Positions 40,572-53,774 of a DNA stretch of 64,000 nucleotides are shown here, piece after piece; the first letter of the stretch is position 1, and each line of letters begins with the position of its first letter. The notes beneath the pieces were generated by a model, which made no database searches, was not told the DNA's origin, and worked only from the letters and a program-made list of their open reading frames with translations. This DNA is from Octopus sinensis (Eukaryota). The position numbers and the translations under genes were made by a program. The stretch covers positions 62,001 to 126,000 of the forward strand of contig NW_021832601.1 of the NCBI RefSeq assembly GCF_006345805.1. Reading direction: 5' to 3'.

Positions 40572-42796
40572 CAGGGGTCGGCAGGATTTTTGTCTTCGCG
40601 GGCCAAAATTTTATTTTTGTATGCGATCCGGGCCAAACGAGAAAAAATCCTTATCGGTCACAAAAATAAAGCAACGCTTGCACATTGCGATCTTTCTTTA
40701 TCAAGTTTTTTTTGCAACTTTCTTACGAAATAAAAATTTATCAGTTAAAAATGATTATAAAGAAGTGAATTTATTTTACTCATTAATCTGACTAGTTGCT
40801 AAACGTAATATATCGTTAAGATGTGAATCGGTAATCCTCGTTCTCAGACAATTTTTTACATTATTCATTTTAGAGAATAACTGTTCACATAAAAATGTGC
40901 TTCCAAATATACAAGCCATTTTCATAGCATTGTCGGTTAATTGCGGATATTTTCTGACACATACAAAATTTTTGTAGAAGCTCAAAATATCCATTTCAGA
41001 AAAATATTTTGATTTAAGTGTACTGTCGCATTGAATTTCAAGTAATTCCATTTGATAACACCCTGGTACTGTCTCAGTTTCAACATCAAATGGGATTGAA
41101 AAAATGTTGAAAAGATTTGTATGAGCCTAAAAAATTATATATGCGCATTTTACTCTTAAATCCATAAAACGTGATGAAAATTCTGATCTCAATTCCATAA
41201 CTATGTTTGCATATTCCGGAACATCAGTCGGATTCGTAGAAAGAAAATTCACAAAATGCGTCATGTTTCCTTTTTGTAACTGTAATTCCCACAACTTCAA
41301 TTTATTTTCAAAAGCAGTAATTTCGGCATACATTTGGTGTATAAATTTATTACTTCCCTGCAGTTTCAAATTTAAGTCATTTAGATGTGAAGTTATGTCT
41401 ACAAAAAATGCCAATTTGGAAATATTATCAGTATTTCGGAAATATGAAGCATCATAATTCTTTTCTTCAAGAAAAATTATAACATCTTCCCGTATATGAA
41501 AAAACCTTTTGAGCATTGATCCTCTACTAAGCCATCTGACATTACAAAAATATAAAAGATCCCCATATTCTGCTTCAGTGTCGATTAAAAATTGCCTGAA
41601 ATGCCGATGATTCAAGCCGCGGGATAAAATAAAATTTACTGCATTAACAACAGCATCCATTGTCTCACGTAACCTGACTGATTTGGCAACTAACGCCTCT
41701 TGATGAACAATACAGTGAATCTTAACCAAATTGTGCTCAATTCCAAATTTTTCCATTTCATTTTGGAGTAATGTAATAGTTCCCTTTTTGTTCCCAACCA
41801 TAGATGGAGCCCCGTCTGTTGTAACTCCAACTAATTTTGAAAGTGGAAGATTTAATTCTGTTAAAAGTTGCATTAAATGCAAGAAAACGTCGGTTCCTGT
41901 CACTGTACCCATAATTGGAATAACTTTGACAAATTCTTCAAAAATTTGGTATGCTTCAGTTATCCCTCGAACAAATATGACAAGTTGAGAAATATCTCTT
42001 CTGTCAGTACTAGTATCCAATGCGATAGAAAAATATTTGAAATTCCCAAAAATGTTTTTTAAAGAGTTATTTAAATCGAATGACATTTCTTCTACTCTTC
42101 TTGTTACCGTTCTTGGAGATAAACAGATAGATTCAAAAATGTTTCTTTTTGTAGGAAATAGATTTTCAGCTACTGCCATTAAGCATTGTTTTATAAATTC
42201 TCCGTCTGAAAATGGTTTCATTCGTTTCGCAATTATCTTTGAAATTTCGTAACTTGTACGTGGATATCATCTTTTTCACAACTCAAATTATTAAAAAATG
42301 TTGTTTGCTTTTGGTAATTTTGTTCGAGTCTCTTAATTTCCTTTAAGCGAGATTCTCCTGTAAACTTGCTGAATTTTTCGTAATGTCGAGTTTCATAATG
42401 TCGCTTGATGTTATAAAGTTTTTTGACAGCAACTTTTTCGAAACATATTAAGCATATACGTTTTCCATAATCCTCAATAAAGAAATATTCATGAGTCCAA
42501 TCTGGATTAAACGTACGGGTTTGAAGATCTTTAGTTCTTTTCGAACAATTCGGAATTCAAATTCACCACACAAAATTATTAACACGTTTATAAATTTATT
42601 TAATTTTTAATAATAGATAAAATGTATGTATAAATCTATATTACTAAAAGTCTAGTACTTTACTAAATTTGCCCGCGGGCCATGTTAGTTGGAAAAATTT
42701 GTCGGCAGGCCAATTTCCCTTAGTATTTGTTCGCGGGCCATTTTTAAATCTTCCTGGTCCTAATTTGGCCCGCGGGCCGCGATTTGCCGACCCCTG
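40572..42796 (-). mobile_element. Near-full-length hAT transposon (GTF2IRD2/SPIN-like transposase)
   Basis: TIRs caggggtcggca / tgccgacccctg; 8-bp TSD atttaaag; KPFSDGEFIK, SIALDTSTD, TTDGAPSM, HCIVHQ, VRWLSRG, FGSTFLCEQLFS; 1-nt frameshift near 42258; no clear ATG. Confidence 0.95.
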
Positions 42797-43559
42797 ATTT
42801 AAAGGTATTAACCGCTATAACTTTTTTGTCGGAAAGTTTTGTCTTGAAGGAGACGAGCAAATGGTCTGCAATCCAGCACAATAACTATTAAAAGACATTG
42901 AAACTTGTATGAATTCTGAAAGAGACCTTCTCATTTTTGCAGCGGTAGATGAAGCCACAGTCAACCAGGGAATGGAGCAACTCCGTCGCCTTGTTGCTCT
43001 GGAATGCAGCCTCATTGACTCCAATCGCTTTGAGTTTTTTTGGGTCGTTGACTTCTCTTTCTTCGAATGGAATGCAGATGAAAACAGTCTTACAAGCGTA
43101 CACCATCCTTTCACAATCCCCAATCCCAATGATTTCAAACTTCTCGAATCCAGCCCTCTAAAAATACAATTACAAGCCTATCACATCATTATTAGTGGGT
43201 GGAAGATTTCAAAGAATTTCAGATTCTCTACCTCATTAAAAAATCTTTAAAGCACTTAAAATCAGTGAAGGGATCTAAAAAGAATGTTTAGTGTTTTTCT
43301 CAAAGCCCTTCAATATGGGACACTCTGCATCCTTGAGTCGCAATCAGCTTCGATAGACTCATCATGATTCTGACTAAAACAGCAAAAATATTCGTGATAT
43401 CATCGTTTTCCCAAAAACGCAATTAATGATTCAGTGCTTTTCCTCTGTTATTCCTGGGAAGCTCCATGAGCTCGAGCTAGAAACTGAGCCCAAAAAATTA
43501 CTCGGATATAAATCGAGGATATTAAAGTTTAATTTTCAAGAGGATTTGATTAAGAGAAA

Positions 43560-44130
43560 TCAAAAGTATTTAACAAACTTACAAGTCACTTTCGAGTTTT
43601 ATTTGTTAGGTCTTTTACACTTAGTTATGCTACTGTAACCCAATGAAGAGAGGCTCCGCAGCCCAACAAGAGCCAAAGAAAGAGCAAGAAATCGATATTA
43701 ATAAAGTCTCTAAAGCTTTCGGTCATTTAATTGGTAATAACCTCGAAACTTTGGGATTTGAGTTAGATATCCAAAAAGTGATTTAAAGAATGAAAGACTT
43801 CCTCTGGAAGACTCTCCGAGTGTGTTCAAGCCACCTCAATTGTTCAGGAAGAAGCTTTTCAAAACCCCGCGAGCAAAAACCTAACTCAAGCAAATGAATT
43901 ACTTTCTACTAATGTTAGTCAAAAAGGAGTTATCAAACTTGAGAAACACAAACTCAATACCGCATTGAAAACGAGGAAAAGGCCTGCAAAATACAAAGTT
44001 CCAAGCGATGCAACTCTGCAATAGATTTTCCAAAGTGGTTAGGATAGCAGTTTTTTTCTTTATAAAAACACCTGAAATTTTAGTCTAATCTAAGAAGTCA
44101 AAGCAACAGTTGGAGCTTGTACTAACGAGT
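43560..44130 (+). pseudogene. mip: Mip-type FKBP peptidyl-prolyl isomerase, chlamydial-like, decayed
   Basis: IDINKVSKAFGHLIGNNLETLGFELDIQKVI..ECVQATSIVQEEAFQ..KNLTQANELL..GVIKLEK resembles the Mip N-terminal dimerisation domain; FKBP domain largely deleted. Confidence 0.75.
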
Positions 44131-44159
44131 CTTCTGATAAGTTGATGTTAAAAAGATTA

Positions 44160-45110
44160 AGATAGCCGATTTTAGTCATAGATAGTGTCTCCATACTATT
44201 TAACGATAAGATGGTAACATAGGCTTGGCAATTTTTTTATTACAAAATTAAAAGAGACCACCTGATAAACAACCTGATTACGAAGTCGACAACATAGGAA
44301 GTACTTTCTTCCTGTATTGAGAAAGTGACTTCTGCTAGTTCCAATGATCTTTAACAGGAGGAATCTGAAAAGTAAAAACACTTAAGTATCCTTCAATCGA
44401 ACGATCTTGGCGAAAATGAATTCTAGAAGAACTCCTTTATGTGCTGAAGTAGGAAGATAAGAGAGCTTTGCCATCTGAATTGCGAATTGCTGTATGTTGC
44501 TAAGGCTATTTTCTGTGGCAATTAATAAAGACAAGGGGGAGTAAAACGAGTAGCCATTTTATTTGTGTGAAGAAGAATTTCCGTGCTTTACTGTATTATT
44601 TCCTGATACAAAAAGCCCAATAATTACGGCAGATGCAGTTCCAATCATAACAGCAGCGGCTGTTTTAATATAGGCACAGCCATCTTTAACTAAAATAGCT
44701 TGAAGAATGCGAATTTTGCCCCCGTATATTTTTAGTATCGATTCGGAGAAAGTGAGAATTTTTACTTTCGATCTGAATGATCGATATAGGTTTTTTCATC
44801 GCATGGGATTTTTTTAATTGAGGGGCTAATCTCAGAGGTGAAGATTATACGTTCGGATTTGACAAACCAAATTTTGACATCATTTTTAATGTGCATAGGA
44901 TTTGACATCAGCCATCATTCTGGTGGATAAATATAGGTAAAGAGGATTGCTTCTCCACTTAAAAGACAAGAGAATAATAAAAAGGTGTCTTATAACTTTC
45001 CCCAATATACTTAACTATCAGTGATCAGGATGCGTAGAGGCATAAGAGCAATTGCTAAGGCAATCCCTAATCCCCACTCTATCATAGACAGGCTGCAGCA
45101 TCATTCCAGT
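44160..45110 (-). pseudogene. Two putative decayed bacterial ORFs (membrane/secreted), possibly part of the same insert
   Basis: Intronless; hydrophobic segments TAAAVMIGTASAVIIGLFV and (M)KWLLVLLPLSLLIA; stop/start overlap ATAA at 44558-44561. Confidence 0.35.
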
Positions 45111-45786
45111 ATCCAAGTTTTCATAAGTTTTGTTTGTTTCCTACTCACACTCTGATAGTGCATGGTCTGCTGCCTTTAGAGGCAAGGTTGAAGTCGCAAA
45201 GATAAAATCCAGTAGAAGCGTCAGAACCTTCTTTGTCAAAATTTCCTAAATTAATTCTTTTAAAGTGATTATGCTGCCCTAAGTTTGGTTTTTTGGTAAA
45301 GTCCAGATTGAATTTTTTATATTGAAGTGAATTCAAAAATTGGGAGTTTAACAAAATCATCGGATTAACTTTTGAGCAGCAAATCAGCCCTAGAGCAGCT
45401 TATTTTGAATAAATTGTATTATGAAAATGGCTTAAAAGATATGACCAATTTTTGAGTTTATTTCAGTTTATCAGTTGCGTTGTTAGAGATTAAGAATTTC
45501 GTTCTACAAAAACTGAAATTTATTTTTTTGAAAATAATTTTACTCTCCAAAAATGACCACAAATCTCGAGCCTAAATTTTTTTGAACACTGACGGAAATT
45601 AGTAAATCAGTTTTTTGAAAAATTCGATTTATAAAAGATGAATTACTTAAATCTGATTCCTCTGACATTCTTACTGTGGACAACGTTTCAAAAAGTCATT
45701 TTCATCGAGTAGGGGGTACAAAGTTATGCCAACTATCATTAAATTGCCCATAAAATATACCTAAGTCTTATTTTATATATTTTAAC

Positions 45787-46250
45787 CTAGTCGAGGCCGT
45801 ACAAAAGTCCGGTTGTTTCACCCATGCTGTGCCCGATTATTCTAATTTTATCATGCCTTAATTTATTTCGGAGTTTTTCGACGTCGAAGACTATATTTTG
45901 GTAACTATGTTTGCCACAAAATGAATTTTGAGCATCCATGACAGAGACTTGAAATTTTATGTTAGTGAGACTTGTATTCCTATATGTGACAGTTTCTTTA
46001 CTATTGACTAGCATTTATATTTGGTGCCCTGAAAGCCGTAAAGTATGTAAATTGGGTAAGGGTAGTTAAATTTGTCCATGTTACTTTTTGAACTAAAGAG
46101 GTGAGGAACCCGAAATTAAATGATAACAGAAACGAATTACCTAAAATTTCTTCTGGGCGACCCAAAAGATGCTATCAGAGCGATCACATCATTCTTTTGG
46201 ATTAAGACAACGCTGTAAGGTTTTCTCGCCACCCATCACTCAACTAAATC
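45787..46250 (-). pseudogene. Degenerate alpha/beta-hydrolase fragment
   Basis: KIRIIGHSMG nucleophile-elbow motif; the upstream part has stops. Confidence 0.4.
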
Positions 46251-46342
46251 ATGAAGAGAGATGCGGCAGGACTATTGAGAAAATAAATCAAATTTTATAT
46301 TCGTTAGAATGTTAAAAAATGTTAATTTACTGTTAAAGATGA

Positions 46343-48160
46343 TCATTGAGAATAATTTTGCAGAACTCTTGCTGATGGATCAGTAGCTGAGCACCATTTA
46401 GGCATCCATTGATACGGAATGACACTGGAGTTGTCTTTGTAATATTTTTCAAAAATATCTCTATAGTACAACGCTTCTTTGGTCAAAGGAGTGTTAAATG
46501 GATATTTTTCAGAAGCTTTAGCCAGCTGATCGTCTGAAATCTAAAATCACTGACAATATTTTAAACCTTATCTTCCAAATATTCTTGAATCATTGAATAC
46601 CAGGATCGTCTTAAGGAAGAAACACCGTCACTAAATGCTTCTTTTTTCCTCCAAAGAATTTCATCTGGCAAAAGCCCACGGTCACTAAAAGCCTGTCGCA
46701 GCAATTTTTTTTCAATGTCATTTTCACTTCCACGTCGGATGGAGGAAGAAAGTGATAGATAATACGCGGTAAATCGATGATCAAGAAAAGGTACCCTTAA
46801 TTCCAACCTCATCGTCAGATCAAAAAAAGTTACCCAGAGTTTGCAGTGGTCCTATCTGCTCTAAGTCCGTCGTACAAATAAATATCGTTTAACAGTCTTC
46901 GGGACTCTTTATCTGCTTCTTCTGCCGATGGGGCATTCTTAAAGTATAAATATCCTTGGCATAGTTCGTCAGAGCCTTCTCCCGACATAATAACGGCACA
47001 TTTGGAGTTTTCGGATATCCATTTGCTTATTAAATACATTGCTAAAAAACAAAATTAACAAAAAAGTAAAAAACCAGTAGACGCCCTCACCGTAGTTACA
47101 TCATAACTTTCTATACATTTAATCACCTCATCTAAATGGGATATTCCTTCTTCCTCTGTAAAGAGAATTTCTTTGTGACAACTTCCAATATGATTCGCCA
47201 TCAACCGTGCTGCCTCGACATCAGGACTTGCCTTCATTCCGATTGTGAAAGTATAGAGTTTTGCAGAACTGTCAACCCGTTTCAGTTCTTCATTCACTAA
47301 AGCTGCAATCAGACTCGAATCCAGTCCTCCAGAAAGAAGACATCCAATTTCTCTATCTCCCATCATTCTCTTAGCTACTGCTGACTGAAGTAAATTTCGG
47401 ATATTTTCCAATATTTCATTTCCTGTATGTTAAATATATCGATAAAACCTAAATTTTCGACTACCTCATCCATTGTCTTATAAAGCGGGAAATCCCCAAT
47501 ACTATGAAATTTGACAGAAGTAACAAATCGTGTTAGTCCTTCCTTATCTATACTATATTCTTGATAAAATCCAGGTTTTAAAGGTTCAAGAATAGCTTTA
47601 TCTTTTTTGAGTGAAACCAATCCTAGAGATTTAATGACACATATAACCTTTTAATTCTGAACAAACACCTAATTTACTTCCATCATACAAATAAAAAACT
47701 GGTCGAACACCAAATGTGTCCCTTCCAATGAATATTTTTCCTTCCAAAGCATCAAAAATACAAAAAACAAATTCCCCATCAAGGCTTTCAACTAATTTTT
47801 GTATCCCACCTTTTGCATATAGGTGAATCAAGACTTCAGAATCACATTTAGTTTTGAATTGAAAATCGTATTGAGATTCAAGCTAATAATAACAAATTAA
47901 GGTGAAAATACTTTTCTGTAGTTATATATTTCTCCATTGAATATTAAATGATAGTGGGGATATTCATTGAGATTCATTGGCTGCTTCCCGTAGAGAGAAT
48001 CAACTACTGCCAACCGATGAAAGCACATGTAAGCTTTTTTTTGTCTAGGGACTGTTTCAAAGCATGTCGAGTCTGGTCCTCGGTGGGATATTTTCATTGA
48101 AATATCAAAATATGACGACAAATCCCCATCAAAACCAAAAAGAGCCCATATTCCGCACAT
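46343..48160 (-). CDS. ASNS: Asparagine synthetase (glutamine-hydrolysing), multi-exon
   Basis: [87 protein letters not shown]. Confidence 0.97.
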
Positions 48161-48683
48161 TTGGTTATCGCTTTCAATATGTCGATTTAGATAAACCTTT
48201 TTTATTATTCTATAAATGAAAATAATAAAATTATTTTATTTTTATATATTATATAATTATCGGGTTAATCTTTCCAAATATTTTTTAGGCTTTAAAAAAT
48301 AATAGTAAATAATTTCACTAACCAAAAACGCAAATCATTATAATTGACCATTAATCAAACCACAATCACTTTTTACTAATTCGATTAAGAGGAATTCACA
48401 ATCTGACGTTAATTTAGATGAGATTACATACTCCTAGAGAAATTGGGGATTCATTTTGTCACAACTCTTAAATACTCTAAGACTCCCAAATATAGTCAAA
48501 TTTTCATAATACTCCAACACATTTATGAAAAAGTTATTAAATTTGCAAGATAAATATAAATTTATTTTATGCTTCATTTTTTCATTTTCCATTTATAAAA
48601 TTTAATTTTTGGAAAATTACAAATAATATTTTAATTGATATTAGTGGTTAAATTTTAAATAAATTCTGGCCTTATTAAATTTT

Positions 48684-49104
48684 ATGATGCAGCTGCCATT
48701 TTATGAATACTTTGGTAAAGTATGGATGACCATTGGCCCATTATTGGGATCTATTTCAGTTTTATTAGCAGCATTTGACCATCATAGTATTAAAGTCTGT
48801 TTATCTTTTAGTCTTTCAGAAGAGATGTCCGGACCCAAGACGAAAAAAAGCATTTTCTGTTGGAAATTTAATTCACATGATACACAGTATAATTCTTGTT
48901 GTCGCTTCTCTTTCATTAAATCATTATTTGGTACTTTTGATAATTAGTTCTTAATAGTCTTCATATTTGTTTACTGCTGGAATTTTTCTGTTTTCTGGAT
49001 CTTGCTATCTTTATGCAGTCACTGGATACTATAAGATTGGATTTTTGGCTCCTTTTGGGGGAACTATTTTGAGTATTGCTTGGTTCTCTATGGCTTTTCG
49101 TTAA
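48684..49104 (+). CDS. TMEM256: TMEM256/DUF423 membrane protein, 3 exons
   Basis: Spliced LGSISVLLAAFDHH..HMIHSIILV..GIFLFSGSCYLYAVTG..LAPFGGTILSIAWFSM; 25- and 27-nt introns. Confidence 0.8.
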
Positions 49105-49419
49105 AATTGACAAATTTACTTAGCATCTAATATATTCGAATTTCTGGGATTTTTTAATTTTCTCTAATTAATGCTTTCTAAGAGCACTTAGTATGAAAAT
49201 TTTCATAGGATTAAGATTTTGAAAGCATGATTGATTATAAGATATTTAAATAGGTAACGAGGCTTAATTTTTTAAGAATTTTAAAAATTGAACAGTTTGA
49301 ATCATATTACGTTAAATATTATTCCATAAATATGAATCGATGCTTCAATTGCTATTATCATGTCGAATAGTGTGTCATGTGATTGAATGATGCTCAACAA
49401 TCAGAAAATGAAGATATAT

Positions 49420-49510
49420 GAAATTATAGTTAATGGAAAAATCAGAAATTATAGTTAATGGAAAAATCAGAAATTATAGTTAATGGAAAAATCAGAAATT
49501 ATAGTTAATG
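49420..49510. repeat. 25-bp minisatellite, about 3.6 copies
   Basis: Unit gaaattatagttaatggaaaaatca. Confidence 0.9.
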
Positions 49511-51157
49511 GGGGCTTGGATAAACAGACAATTGCTAGTTGACTACAAATAAAATATAACAAGCCATACTTATTTACCCCAAAATAGCGAATTTAACAAT
49601 CAATTAAGTTTACCTTCTGGCATTCAATACGCAGTGCGGCGTTGTTGAGCTAACCCTAAGGCTTTCGACTACCTTTTTAGCCACTTACCTTAGCTATAGC
49701 ATCTAACCCTGTTTTTTAATAAATACTAAGTGTAACTTTAATAAATTGTTTGAAATTAGTTGGAGTAGAAACACTTCACAAATATGACACAATTGGTACA
49801 ATTTTCAATAAATTATGCTATTATCTAATCTTTTACATTAAACAATAACAGCCTTGTCACGTATTATGTTAAAAAATGATTGTTAGACATTTTAAGTACC
49901 AAAACGATATTTTAAATCAGAAGGGCCTTTTATGTATAAGGTAATTTATCAGATTAAAAGTATTGAAATTATTATGTTAGCTAATCACTCATCTTTTTTA
50001 TAGGGGTCTTGTGAGCTGGAAGAACTGAAGTGTGCCTTCTCTGAGAAACTTTGATGTCAGAAAAAATAAAGAAACGTAGCTATTTTAATTACTTTTTGTA
50101 TTTTAGAAATAGATTTATCATCTAAACTCTCGCTGGCCTAAAGATCTTTCAAATAGGCAAGGGACTACAGCTATGTCTTTCAGAATTATTAATCTATTAG
50201 GCCGCTCATCTTCCTAAATGATACTCCAAAGGTCACGTTTGGGACTAGTCTTCAGTAGTTTTTAGAATCTTACAAGCTGTCAGAATCAAGCTAATGGATT
50301 TTCTTGGTTTACCCACAAAAACAACTTCTGCAATTATTGGTAGCACCTTAAATGGAAACTTTGTTAAAAGTATCCTAATGATTCAAACAAAATATAGGCA
50401 AATATTTGAAACGCCATCCATGAGAACCGTAACGGGCTTACCATTGAAATAGTCTGTAGAATCTTTTCTTTGAAATAACATTTGTTTGCTATATAATATT
50501 ACAAATGTTTTAATTTATTTTAAAATTTAAGTAAATTTAGAGTAATAAAATTCCGGAAATTTAAACAAACAAGTTTTTACGTAGTGCATTAGATTTTGCC
50601 GTCAATTTTATAAAGTATGTTAATTTAAAGCAATTTTTAATATAGAATAAACTCTAAATGTCAGAAAACCTTCTTTTTTCAATGTGTAATAAAATGGTGG
50701 ACAATTGTGTGCGAAATAAATACAATAAGAAAAAGAATTATGTAAAATTCAAAGAAATGTTGTTCAGAAAACTTTTAACCTATAAAGCGTAAATTAAAAA
50801 ATAACTTATTAAAGAACTCAAGTCGATATTGCTTCTATTTTTGACAAAGATATTTTAAACATAATGAGGAGATTAACGCCGTATCTGTCATATGTTGATC
50901 AAAGAGTGGTAGAAATAAGCAACATTTTTATAAAAAGTATAAAATTATTTTATTATGTGGTAGCTAACAAGAAAACAGAATGTCTTACCGTTGTCTATTT
51001 TTTACTTTTAATAAAACAAGAAAATAAAAAGAATGTGACGGAATGGCCTTTAAGGAAATTTTTTGAGGTTTTAATTTACTTTTAAATCATCAGCCGGACA
51101 CTAGATCTTATTATTTTCAATCAAATAACGAACTCTCATTCCTTTTTAAACCTCTGA

Positions 51158-53400
51158 TGGAAGATCGGAACCGAAGAGATCAAAGCAAAGATATTGCGAT
51201 TATTTCAAAACCCGAAACAAAAAAGAATAAAATACTACATTTGTCGTGGGACGCACTGCTTGGGTTAAGAATTTGGTCTTTAAAATAGTGGAGAAAAACT
51301 CATTATGGCGAACAGGTTTCGTTTAAGCACAAACTTTAAACCAATTGCTGTGGAAACCATTTCAGCGACTTGTTTAAAGGATGAAGTTCAAGATTGGGGA
51401 ACATTTGAGCCATCTCCACTGATAAAAACAGTCCAAAATTTTAAAAAGGAATTTGAAATTTTGAAGTTTTATTTGACTATTCGTCACGTGTCATCGACTC
51501 GGCCAATTCAAAAAATTATTTTTGAAAAATTTTTTAAGCCATATTCCTGGTTGTGTTTTTGAAAATTATTTTTAAGTTTTCTCCAGGAAGCGTTAGATTC
51601 TGTGATGAAAAGTCCCCAATCAGTTTTTAAATTTTTTAGTTTTTTTAGTTCATTGAATTTTTGGAAGAAAAATTTTGCAATTTTGTATTTTTTACTCCCC
51701 ATTTTACACGATTTATCTCAGTGTTCATGACTACGGTTTATACTCCCATATTAGAGTATATTTGTCAGTTCTGTTTTTATTTGGTAGTTCTATTCTCAGA
51801 TCCATATCGAGACCAGAAAATACTTCTCTTTTGACTGCCATCAATTTTCAGTTTTATTCACAAAAAGGTTGGCATTTACATGGATAATTATTTGATCGTA
51901 ATTTTTGGATGTACGCAATCGAGTCAAAGGGATCATTCAAAAAGGAATTTATTTTTCAAAAATATTTAAAGAATATTATTACATGTGTCAAGATTATTTC
52001 TTTATTAGATGTTTCCAACGCTGTATATATTTAAAGTTTAATTTAGTTTCAAATGGAATATGAATTTTTTAGCAAAACAATTTTCCCGAGCTTTGAAATT
52101 GATTTTTTCGCCAAAGAGGAAGGTTACAGGCTAAGAGACGAAACTAGTCGTTTTTTTGAAAACCTGAACAGTCAATTCGATAATTTACTTAAAAAACGGT
52201 TCTCATAATGCTTTATTTTCAGTCAAGCTGATGAAAAGAGAAAGGAAAGGGAAAGAGTATCCGCAATAGTACGAAGAATTAGAGAAGCACGAAGGAGAAG
52301 AAAAGAGATGATATGCTCATTGGAAAACTCCAATGAAAGAATTAAAGAACTCAAAGAATCATATCGTCTTGAACTTGTGCAGCAGATTGAGGATAACGTT
52401 GTTAGAAGGGTTGAAGAAGAACTCAAATCAAGAATATTCCAGATCAATCAGATTTAATTGAAAGAGAAATAACAGAAGAAATTAAGAGAGAGTTGATTGA
52501 ACTATACCAAAGAGAGATGGAACAAGTTAATTTGGATATCGAAAAGAGAAACTGGCAAATTAAACGTCGGTCATTAAGTAAAAAACGCGCTGAAGCTCTT
52601 CACACTTTCCCTGAGATGAATTTTGAATCATTTAAAGCGGCTGAGAACAATATTTTAACATCCAGCGTTGATTTTAGTCATGAAAATGTCCCTTTTCTCT
52701 CTGAACCCCCAGAGGAGTATACTAAATCAGAAATGGTGCTCGGAGCTAACGAAACAGTCGAATGTCACACAACCTTGACTGATAATTCTAAAGAAATAAC
52801 ATGCACTTATTATTTGAAAAATAAAGACGATGATATTATTCATCAGTTCACATTTCATTCGTATGCACACAGATTTCCAAAGTTATATATTTTTTATATA
52901 GTTTCAGGAAAGATCCATCAATTGTTAATACAACAGATGAATTTTCGGATGATCCTATTGAACCAGTGAAGAGAATATACTTTATGATGACTGGAAAGTT
53001 CAAAATCGAGTAGAAAATTTGGATAAACCTTCTTTTGACTTTAAAAAATTTGCCTCAAGTATTTTTGGTCGTGAGGAAAAATCAAAGTCTCATTATGAGA
53101 GGAAACATGGAAAGAATGATGAAAACTTGTATTTTATTGGGAGGGTAAATATCGACAATTGGATGAGTAGTGTTGTCATTCCACAGTATAGTTATTCCTT
53201 TAAACATGTAGATTCAAATTTCTGAATCGACTGGCTTTTGATTATGTTTTTAACGTTTGCAGATTTTTTGAGAATTTTGAAGCCATTCGTGTCTCAATGT
53301 TATTTGGAAATAGTGATTTTCGCAGGCATTTTTTGAAAAAGATTTATAACTATCTTGTATTTTTCATTTAATTAATTTTAAAGTATTCGGATAAATCAAT
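51158..53400 (+). CDS. Unidentified multi-exon protein with coiled-coil region; apparent frameshift near 52440
   Basis: Open segments ADEKRKERERVSAIVRRIREARRRRKE.., IELYQREMEQV.. (158 aa) and DKPSFDFKK.. separated by short GT-AG gaps; ends uncertain. Confidence 0.55.
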
Positions 53401-53774
53401 TTCTTCTAATAATGGAAGTGTGAGTAATTTTTATTAAATCGATTTTTATCTTCTTCTTTTGCCCTTGCTGCCTTGGATTCTCCAATTTATAATAATCTTA
53501 CATTTGTCGATGATGTTATGTTCAAAAATTATTGTAAATTTTTGTTAATTTGTAAATTTTTATAGCAATTGATTTTTCTAAATTTAATTGGAAAGTTACT
53601 TGGCATTAAACATAATCATGACGGCTGGCTGTATAGAAAAGTATTCAGAAACGTTTTTTGTTTTTAACTCGTCTGGAATTATCAATTTTTCAGCTTTATG
53701 AAATGAGAAAAACATTAAGAAAAATGTTATCAAATATTTCAGAAGATTCTAATAAATTGGCTTTTCAAATTAAA

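Larger units (their letters stand above)
33956..43510 (+). pseudogene. aspS: Bacterial aspartyl-tRNA synthetase split by two transposon insertions (34001-40094 and 40572-42796)
   Basis: MTFDYRRT..|..VTISGWIHCRRDHGGL..; LRRLVALECSLID..FEFFWVVDF..VHHPFT; IRDIIVFPKTQ; stops and frameshifts, no introns. Confidence 0.9.

Noticed and set aside
33340-44130. Interpreting hisS/aspS as host mitochondrial aminoacyl-tRNA synthetases
   Set aside because: No introns in an intron-dense genome, operon-style overlap, adjacency to mip, and multiple disablements; animal mitochondrial HisRS is not of this bacterial type.
49990-50460. Possible RhoGAP-like gene remnant
   Set aside because: Only vague motif resemblance amid multiple stops; no consistent exon model.
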